A stretch of DNA of 64,000 bases from the IMG/VR virus record IMGVR_UViG_3300037541_000797. One strand, 5' to 3'. Shown here piece after piece: positions 58,150 through 64,000 of this stretch (its first letter is position 1; every line of letters starts with the position of its first letter). Both the position numbers and the translations under genes were made by a program. The stretch comes from an uncultured virus (IMG/VR IMGVR_UViG_3300037541_000797). Its lineage: Duplodnaviria > Heunggongvirae > Uroviricota > Caudoviricetes. The notes beneath the pieces were generated by a model. That model was not told the origin of the DNA. It was given only the letters and a program-made list of their open reading frames with translations, and made no database searches.

Positions 58150-58407
58150 TCAGCGGCGGATGCAGGGGTTCTGAGTGGCATCGGCCTTGGCCTTGGCCTT
58201 GGCCTTGGCCTTGGCGACTCTGGCGGCTCGCTCCGCCCGGCCTTCTGTGGTTTGGCTTTGCCAACAAAGGCGGCAGAAAGGGCCTTTGGCGCCGGTGTGC
58301 CGCTTCCCGCAGCTCTGGCAGGTGGGCCGATCCCGCAACGGCCCCAGCCCCTTCTGACGATCGCGCCACCGCTGCATCCTGGCCGCGGCCGTGGGGTCAG
58401 TGGTCAC
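58150..58407 (-). CDS. Basic-helix + Zn-finger protein (Aca-like regulator candidate)
   Basis: PTAAARMQRWRDRQK...CQSCG...FCRLCW..TTEG; follows the AcrIII-1 gene. Confidence 0.65.
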   Translation of the reverse strand: MTTDPTAAARMQRWRDRQKGLGPLRDRPTCQSCGKRHTGAKGPFCRLCWQSQTTEGRAERAARVAKAKAKAKAKADATQNPCIRR

Positions 58408-58425
58408 CAGTAACCGAGAAAAAAA

Positions 58426-58827
58426 TTAAAAGCCAGGATGACAGCGGACGGCCATTATGTAATCCGCCATATATCGATGGTGTGCGTCTAGTGCGGCGCC
58501 TAACGTGCCGTGGTAAGTCATTACCAGCCACTCGTACCCCATCTTTTCAATCTCTTCCAGGTCGAGAACAACGCCTTCTGGCGCACGCCCCTTAAGCTTG
58601 AAGCAAAACAGTTTATCGCCTGGCCGTGGGGCGATGGGTACTCGGTTTACGGGGATCCCGATATTTAGCACCTCGCTCATAATTGTGGCTGTACTTTCAT
58701 GGCCTACGGCCGAGACCCAGTTCTGGGTAAGGTTTACTTTGACCGCCGAGGCGGTGGTCGTTTGGATTTCCCAAATCCCGTCTCCTCCATTAGGGACAAC
58801 GGTGGTGGAAAGGAGGTAGTTGGTCAT
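58426..58827 (-). CDS. acrIII-1: AcrIII-1 / DUF1874 (STIV B116/YddF-like) cA4 ring nuclease
   Basis: YLL...WVSAVGHESTA..MSEVLNIGIPVNRVPI...GDKLFCFKLKGRAPEGVVL..EEI family signature; ATG 58827. Confidence 0.85.
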   Translation of the reverse strand: MTNYLLSTTVVPNGGDGIWEIQTTTASAVKVNLTQNWVSAVGHESTATIMSEVLNIGIPVNRVPIAPRPGDKLFCFKLKGRAPEGVVLDLEEIEKMGYEWLVMTYHGTLGAALDAHHRYMADYIMAVRCHPGF

Positions 58828-58840
58828 GGCTGGCAGTTGG

Positions 58841-58899
58841 GTGGTGGGGCCCCTCGGCCCCGGTGAACAAATAGTAGCACGCCCGTAACGGTCTGACAA
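58841..58899 (-). promoter_or_regulatory. Promoter cassette (family A) driving acrIII-1
   Basis: TTGTCA-17bp-TACTAT + GGGGCC-GAGG-GGCCCC. Confidence 0.85.
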
Positions 58900-58983
58900 G
58901 GGCAAAGGGGCGCCGCGGCCACCGCCCCCCACCGCCTCCGATGGCGTGGGTGGGTGACGACAAAGAAGAGTGCGCGGATGCCG

Positions 58984-59166
58984 TCAGGCTTCAACAACGC
59001 TCAGAGTGCCGCCGCAGCAGATGTCAGCGCGAGCCTTAAGGGCCTTGGCATCAGGGAGGCTGACACCTTCTGGAAGGTTGAATGTGAAACACGGCAAATT
59101 GGTGTCTGAGTTCCAGCGGATCCAGGTAGGTGTGGGACCGGCGACGGAGACGACGTAAGAGTTCAT
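58984..59166 (-). CDS. Small accessory protein (60 aa)
   Basis: ATG 59166 after a promoter cassette. Confidence 0.6.
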   Translation of the reverse strand: MNSYVVSVAGPTPTWIRWNSDTNLPCFTFNLPEGVSLPDAKALKARADICCGGTLSVVEA

Positions 59167-59177
59167 GGCTGGTGTTG

Positions 59178-59236
59178 GTGGTGGGGCCCCTCGGCCCCGG
59201 TGAACAAATAGTAGCACGCCCGTAACGATCTGGCAA
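59178..59236 (-). promoter_or_regulatory. Promoter cassette (family A)
   Basis: TTGCCA-17bp-TACTAT + the same hairpin; near-identical to 58841..58899. Confidence 0.85.
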
Positions 59237-59285
59237 GGGCGGGGTCGCCGCGGCCACCGCCCCCACCGCCTCCGCTGGCTGCGGC

Positions 59286-60026
59286 CTATGCCCTGGGCTG
59301 CCGGCGCTGGCGCTGGCGTTCTCCACGGTCGAGGTAGGCCTCGATCACCAGTGCCAGCCGGCCGGTCAGCTCCGCCGGCTCGGGCAGGGCGGCGGCAAGC
59401 TGCACCAGCAGGGAGCCAAACCGATCGAACTCCGCCTGGGTTGCGAACTGCAGCTTGATCTCAAGCCCTGAATTGGGCTTGCTGGGGGGGGGCGGCGGCT
59501 CCGTCTCATCCTCATCCACCTGGTCACCGGCCACCAGCGCGGCAAATTCCTCCTCGGAAAACCAGGGGGAGACGTCCAGCTGGGCATCCTCCTCCACCAG
59601 CTGGGCAAGCATCGCCCCGTCAAATTCAGATGTGTCGCTGGTGCGGTTGTCGGCCAGGGCCAGGCTGGTTTTTTCGGTTTCACTCAGATCGAACCGTTGG
59701 ACGGCAATCAGGGTGTTCCCATCGCTGGGGATGAACAAAACCCTGTCTATGCCTGCATTTATGGCCGCTTCCGCCGTGCCGTTGCCGGCCACCACCCGGC
59801 CGTTTTCATCCACCACGATCGAGCGGGCAGCGCCAAACTCCTCCATCGAGCGGGCCAACATGTCGCGAGAACGGGGCGTGCGCCGGCGGGCATTTTTTCG
59901 ATCTGGTATCAGCTTGCTGATCGGCAGTAAAGCCGCCCTGGGGCTGGAGTCTGGGCCGCCCTGGGCGGGGGCTGTGGGCACGATTTCCGCCGTCAATGCG
60001 GCGGAAGATGGGCGCTTGGGAGGCAT
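59286..60026 (-). CDS. ParB N-terminal-like domain protein
   Basis: ISKLIPDRKNARR...SMEEFG..RSIVVDE.GRVVAGNG...LALADNR. Confidence 0.8.
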   Translation of the reverse strand: MPPKRPSSAALTAEIVPTAPAQGGPDSSPRAALLPISKLIPDRKNARRRTPRSRDMLARSMEEFGAARSIVVDENGRVVAGNGTAEAAINAGIDRVLFIPSDGNTLIAVQRFDLSETEKTSLALADNRTSDTSEFDGAMLAQLVEEDAQLDVSPWFSEEEFAALVAGDQVDEDETEPPPPPSKPNSGLEIKLQFATQAEFDRFGSLLVQLAAALPEPAELTGRLALVIEAYLDRGERQRQRRQPRA

Positions 60027-60033
60027 TTGGGGT

Positions 60034-60081
60034 TGGGTCGAAAACGCACCTCAAGATTGCTTGACTGCCGTTTTCGACCCA
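60034..60081. other. Putative attP site for the serine integrase
   Basis: 48-bp symmetric site TGGGTCGAAAACG-cacc-TCAAG-aTTg-CTTGA-ctgc-CGTTTTCGACCCA ending 7 bp before the integrase ATG. Confidence 0.7.
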
Positions 60082-60088
60082 GGCACCA

Positions 60089-61444
60089 ATGGACCGTGTA
60101 GGCCGGCTAATCGTTGGGTATGTGCGCGTTAGCACCGGCAAGGAGGCGCAAGACACCTCCGTAGAGGGGCAGCAATGGGACATGCAGCAGGCTGGCTGCG
60201 ATCGCGTGATCGTGGAACGCGGGAGCGCTTACTCAGGCCAGCGGCGGCCGGGGTGGGAAGAATTAAGGGCCCTGGTGGCCAAGGGGCTGGTGGCCAAGGT
60301 ACTGGTGGTAGACCTGTCGCGATTGGCACGAGACGGATCTGATCAGGATTTTCTAGAGGAATGCCATTGCGCCGGCTGCACGGTCGCTGATCTGCAGGGG
60401 ATGGTGCTGGAGAACCAAACGGTGAGTGGGCTCGCTCTTACCGGGGTGATGAGCGTGATGAATCGCGTGACCTCCCGCATGATCAGCATCAAGGTGCGCG
60501 ATGGCATCCGGCGGCGGCGGGAGGCAGGTTATGCAGGCAGGGGGCCTGTGCCGTTTGGCTATGCCCACGTTGACGGGCAGGTTGTGCCATCACCTGTTAC
60601 CTGGACTGCAGCCAGGCAGTTGGTTGAATTGATCATTCAGCACGAATGCAATATCTACGCAACACTGAAGGCCCTGCCTGCTGATTTCCCGAGGCAATAC
60701 TCATCTCACGGTTTAACCGGTTGGCTGCACAATCCGATTTTGCGCGGCGGACTGGGCCGGGGGGCCCCCAGCGGCACGCAGGACTACACAGAAATTGAAT
60801 GGGGTCGCACCACTCCGCTGATCTCACCGGCTGAATGGACGCTGATCAAACGCCAACTGGAAACCCGCAGCCAGGGCCCAATGCAACGAGCCGCCAGCGT
60901 TAGGCATTTATTTAGCGGCCTGATTCGTTGCGAGGGGTGCGGTAAAAATTTGCAATGGCATCAAAAACCAAATGTTCACGGCCCCGGCGTGGCGCGATAT
61001 GCCTGCAAACGCCCCGGTTGCTGTTACGTGGGGAAGGGGGTTCGAGAAGACACGCTGCGATCGGCAGTAATTGATGTGTTGGTGCGCCGTGCTGCGCGGC
61101 GCATGGCCCGGTTGGCGCTTGAGGGAGCCGAACCACCAGAAGTGGGTTGCCCTGAGCTGCTGACTTACCGCGAGCAGTTGGCGCAATTGGAGCAGCTGCA
61201 GGACCAGGGGGTGACGGGGCTAGGAACCTCAATCGTTCGTCTCCGAGATCAAATCATCACGATGCAGGCGTTGCCAGCGGAAGCCTGGCCTGGCCTTTAC
61301 GAAAACCTGTTCCGCTCCCCAGACGCGCTAAGCCACGCCACTGATGAACTGCTGCGCCCAGTGTTTTTGCATTTTGTATCAGAGATTTTGTACCAAGGCG
61401 GCCCCAATTCGTTCAAGATCAAATTGCGATCGCGGCTTAGCTAG
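60089..61444 (+). CDS. Large serine recombinase (integrase)
   Basis: GYVRVST..Q catalytic Ser, RPG, DLSRLARD, PFGY recombinase domain, FSGLIRCEGCG zinc ribbon. Confidence 0.93.
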   Translation: MDRVGRLIVGYVRVSTGKEAQDTSVEGQQWDMQQAGCDRVIVERGSAYSGQRRPGWEELRALVAKGLVAKVLVVDLSRLARDGSDQDFLEECHCAGCTVADLQGMVLENQTVSGLALTGVMSVMNRVTSRMISIKVRDGIRRRREAGYAGRGPVPFGYAHVDGQVVPSPVTWTAARQLVELIIQHECNIYATLKALPADFPRQYSSHGLTGWLHNPILRGGLGRGAPSGTQDYTEIEWGRTTPLISPAEWTLIKRQLETRSQGPMQRAASVRHLFSGLIRCEGCGKNLQWHQKPNVHGPGVARYACKRPGCCYVGKGVREDTLRSAVIDVLVRRAARRMARLALEGAEPPEVGCPELLTYREQLAQLEQLQDQGVTGLGTSIVRLRDQIITMQALPAEAWPGLYENLFRSPDALSHATDELLRPVFLHFVSEILYQGGPNSFKIKLRSRLS

Positions 61445-61557
61445 CGCTAACTCGGCTTGCTGTTGCCTGGCCAACTCTTGCTCAGCAATTAAATACAACG
61501 CCCGTTGCACGGTGATGGGTCGAGGCGCGTCTCTAAATTCAGGTCGTTTGTATGGCA

Positions 61558-61833
61558 TTATGCAAGCTTCCGCAAATAGAGATTTGCCTGTCTGCGGCGC
61601 TTAAGAATTAGCTGCCAGGTTTCCTCCACCAGGGGCAGGGTTTCACCTGGCGGGGCCGGCTGCAGCCGGTGAGTGTTCAGCCATTGGTAGGGCATGGTGC
61701 GCTGGGCGTGGGCCCAGTTCGTCACAGGCACCACCGCAAACTCTCCCTTGGTGGTGATCACGCCCCAGCCGTAGCGAGGCAAGGCCAACGCAGCAATGGT
61801 GGCTGCCATGCCGGGGGATGGAGGCCAGTTCAT
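61558..61833 (-). CDS. Hypothetical protein
   Basis: ATGA-coupled in the leftward early operon. Confidence 0.55.
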   Translation of the reverse strand: MNWPPSPGMAATIAALALPRYGWGVITTKGEFAVVPVTNWAHAQRTMPYQWLNTHRLQPAPPGETLPLVEETWQLILKRRRQANLYLRKLA

Positions 61834-62117
61834 GGCTGAGCCTTGGGTGATGCATCAGACGGGCGGCCGGCTTCTCGAATTTGCACCTTGCTACGACCTT
61901 TGGCTGCTTTGGGCAGCCAGTGAATGTCTTCGTCAAAGATTTCCCGCTCGGTCACCAGCGAATACCAGCGGTAACCGCAGCTCACACATTCGTTGCGCCG
62001 CACGCAGCGGGTTCGCTGCGTCTGCTGTCCGGTTGATGGCAGCGTCACGGTTTCTCGCCCCACTACACGGTTTGTGGCCAGCACCCGGCGGGTGCCGCCG
62101 CACTCAGGGCAGTCCAT
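61830..62117 (-). CDS. Zinc-ribbon protein (NrdR N-terminal-like)
   Basis: MDCPECG...RVLAT...VRRNECVSCGYRWYS. Confidence 0.7.
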   Translation of the reverse strand: MDCPECGGTRRVLATNRVVGRETVTLPSTGQQTQRTRCVRRNECVSCGYRWYSLVTEREIFDEDIHWLPKAAKGRSKVQIREAGRPSDASPKAQP

Positions 62118-62328
62118 TCTCCATATCAATTGGCTGGCAATGGGAGACAGGCCAGCAATCAAAGAACGGCTTGCCGCCGGGCCCTTGGCGCTGGATTTGG
62201 TAATAGGGCATTTGCCGTTTTTTGGCATCCACCCAAACCAAGCTGCCGATGATCTGGCCCTGAGCGCCGGCTTGACTGGCCTTGCCCCAGGGGCGGCGCA
62301 CGATGGTGCCAATAGGCAAGCCCTTCAT
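62104..62328 (-). CDS. Hypothetical protein
   Basis: ATG 62328, coupled to neighbours. Confidence 0.5.
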   Translation of the reverse strand: MKGLPIGTIVRRPWGKASQAGAQGQIIGSLVWVDAKKRQMPYYQIQRQGPGGKPFFDCWPVSHCQPIDMENGLP

Positions 62329-62645
62329 GCCGCTGCACCCAGCTCTGCGGCCAATTCTTGGCGCAGCATTGCATCCCACTCATCGGCATGGCTTTCAATC
62401 CAGTCGCGAGCTGAATTGCGATGGGGGATCTCTGGCAAGCCATGGGCAGCACGCCAGGCCCTGGCCTCTACGGCCGAGCCGGATGGCTCATCAAATGCTT
62501 CCAATGGCCACCGGCCTTTGAGCACCCCAAGGGCCAACAGCCGGCCGGCGGATGCCTGGGTTGCCACCGCCCGGGTAAGCCCGGCGGCCTGATCGGCAGC
62601 CCGGCCACGGGATGTGAGTTCGTGCAGCTCCTGAATCATGTTCAT
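62325..62645 (-). CDS. Hypothetical protein
   Basis: ATGA-coupled. Confidence 0.55.
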   Translation of the reverse strand: MNMIQELHELTSRGRAADQAAGLTRAVATQASAGRLLALGVLKGRWPLEAFDEPSGSAVEARAWRAAHGLPEIPHRNSARDWIESHADEWDAMLRQELAAELGAAA

Positions 62646-63160
62646 GCGGCGGCAAGTTCTTGATGGGCAGGTAAACGGGGGTTCGTGACACCGGTGGCCG
62701 CGGCCAGCCGTTCGAGGCGTTCAATGCGCTGAGCCCGGCTGGGCTGCGGCGTTGGCCGGTCCGGCGCTGGGGGCAGGGCCGGCTGACGCTGCTCGAACGG
62801 CACCCAGAGAGGGTGAAAACTGTCTGGGTTGGCCAGCCGTTGAGGCAAATCGAAGCGCAGCCCCTTGGCCGGCTCCGGGGTTTTGACGACCACACCTTTG
62901 GTGTCTGGGTCGCGACCAGTGCTGCAGGGGTAGAGGTAGCGCAACAGAGCCAGGTGGGGGGCCATGGCCGCGGCCGGCTCTGGATCCAGCAGCAGCTGCT
63001 GGCTGGCAAAAACCAACAGCTCGGGCGTGAGCTCCTGCCGAGCACAGGGCGGCAGTGTCAAGTATGCAAACTGCAGATCCTCTGGCTCCAGCCGCTTGGC
63101 AAAGCGGTGCAGTGTTTGGAGGCCCAACAGCACGTTGGCTAGATCGTCATGGGTGATCAT
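62642..63160 (-). CDS. Hypothetical protein following rep (helicase-loader position)
   Basis: Start reassigned to MITHDD at 63160; overlaps the rep stop. Confidence 0.55.
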   Translation of the reverse strand: MITHDDLANVLLGLQTLHRFAKRLEPEDLQFAYLTLPPCARQELTPELLVFASQQLLLDPEPAAAMAPHLALLRYLYPCSTGRDPDTKGVVVKTPEPAKGLRFDLPQRLANPDSFHPLWVPFEQRQPALPPAPDRPTPQPSRAQRIERLERLAAATGVTNPRLPAHQELAAA

Positions 63161-64000
63161 CGGGGCCTCCATCCTCGGGTTTGAACAGGTTGTTGAGCCG
63201 AGCCATGGTTTGCTGGCGGCGGCTGGGTTGACCGGGGTTCGGTCTGCGCGAATCATACATCCTGTTTTCGGGATGAAGGCCCCCACCGGGAAAATCGGCT
63301 CGGGGGTTGGTGGCCAGCTGGTGAGCCGCGGCCAGGCGCTCGATTGCCTCAGCTCTGCCGGCGTGGTCAAGGGATTGCCAACCGGCCATCTCGCCCTTGT
63401 GCAGGTAGGCCCGCAGCACGCCCCGATCTGCGGCGGCGGCGATGGCCGCCAAGTTGCCGGCGCCCAATTTGGTGCAATTGGCCCTGGGGTGTTTTTCGCA
63501 GCGCAGCTGCCACCAGGCCGTGAGCACCTCCAGCTCAGCTGGCTCCAGCGGCGGAGCATCGGGGGGCAGCGGCACCGGCCCGGCTGGCTTGCGGCCTTTG
63601 CGGGTCGGCTTGGCGGCTGCAGGGGGGCTGCAGGGGGCTGCCGGCTCCATGTGCCCGGCGATGGGTCCGGCGGCCTCCTGGGGCCCCGCCAGGGGGCTGC
63701 TCAGCGCCATTGGGGCAGCAATGGGCGCCAATGGGTTTGGGCATGGCGCTGCAAGCGCCTGGGGCTCGATGGCCGCAGCCGGCGGTTCCAGGGGCTGGGC
63801 GATGGCCGTTGGCTGCATTGCGGCGGGCTCTGGCGCTGCTGGCGGCTTTGGGGCTGTTGGCGCTGGCTTCGGATCGGGTCCAACCGTTGCCAACGGCTCC
63901 GCCGGATCAATGGGGGTAAGGGGGTCTTTCTCTTGGATTTCTTCTTTTCTTGTTAAAGCTTCTTGTTTGTGTGCCAAATCTGGCACTACCCCAGTGCCAG
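63147..64000 (-). CDS. Phage replication initiator, C-terminal part (continues from 437..1 across the circular junction)
   Basis: SGTGVVPDLAHKQEALTRKEEIQEKDP...; frame continuous with the N-terminal part. Confidence 0.75.
   Translation of the reverse strand, partial: GTGVVPDLAHKQEALTRKEEIQEKDPLTPIDPAEPLATVGPDPKPAPTAPKPPAAPEPAAMQPTAIAQPLEPPAAAIEPQALAAPCPNPLAPIAAPMALSSPLAGPQEAAGPIAGHMEPAAPCSPPAAAKPTRKGRKPAGPVPLPPDAPPLEPAELEVLTAWWQLRCEKHPRANCTKLGAGNLAAIAAAADRGVLRAYLHKGEMAGWQSLDHAGRAEAIERLAAAHQLATNPRADFPGGGLHPENRMYDSRRPNPGQPSRRQQTMARLNNLFKPEDGGPDDHP

Noticed and set aside
58183..58214. GGCCTT microsatellite and other short duplications (2380-2410, 35091-35111, 45452-45477)
   Set aside because: In-frame or trivial slippage repeats with no evident function
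60198..61434. HIP1 (GCGATCGC) sites as a host marker
   Set aside because: Only occasional copies noticed; not obviously enriched and not counted systematically
62964..63956. 330-aa + strand ORF and many other long antisense ORFs
   Set aside because: High-GC shadow ORFs opposite coherent coupled operons, with no recognisable motifs
1..64000. tRNA/rRNA genes, IS elements, photosynthesis genes, DNA polymerase
   Set aside because: None recognised by eye; tRNAscan/Infernal not run, so small RNAs cannot be excluded

Overview
The window is essentially one complete ~64 kb temperate siphovirus genome in its excised, circular form. The host is most likely a high-GC picocyanobacterium (Cyanobium/Synechococcus), inferred from the cyanobacterial-type ThyX, sigma-70 factor and M15 endolysin. 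Both ends fall inside a 24-bp palindromic tandem repeat within the replication-initiator gene, and that reading frame joins across the ends. Modules: rep/ERF/regulation; M15A endolysin; tail (with a GGGAAAC -1 frameshift and a tape measure carrying a lysozyme domain); DUF2184 capsid, DUF2213 protease-scaffold, MuF, DUF1073 portal and terminase; thyX, a DNA methylase and a sigma factor; a large serine integrase with an intact attP-like palindrome. The most striking system is a five-gene 'cargo/effector' array at 35.5-42.4 kb within the head module. All five genes share an N-terminal R-x-D + CxxGxxCGNxCIx5CR leader but carry different C-termini: two ADP-ribosyltransferases (each followed by a tiny RMQDxG partner gene), a J-domain, a GNAT-like domain and a zincin/LPD1 polyvalent protein. 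The same R-x-D motif is dense in the scaffold, the portal ends and the capsid N-terminus, suggesting a protease-processed capsid-loading signal. A second system is a family of repeated sigma70 promoter + GAGG-loop hairpin cassettes driving small genes, including an AcrIII-1 (DUF1874) ring nuclease; two of these clusters contain paralogous basic/Zn-finger Aca-like proteins. All family assignments come from motif recognition by eye; no database searches were run.
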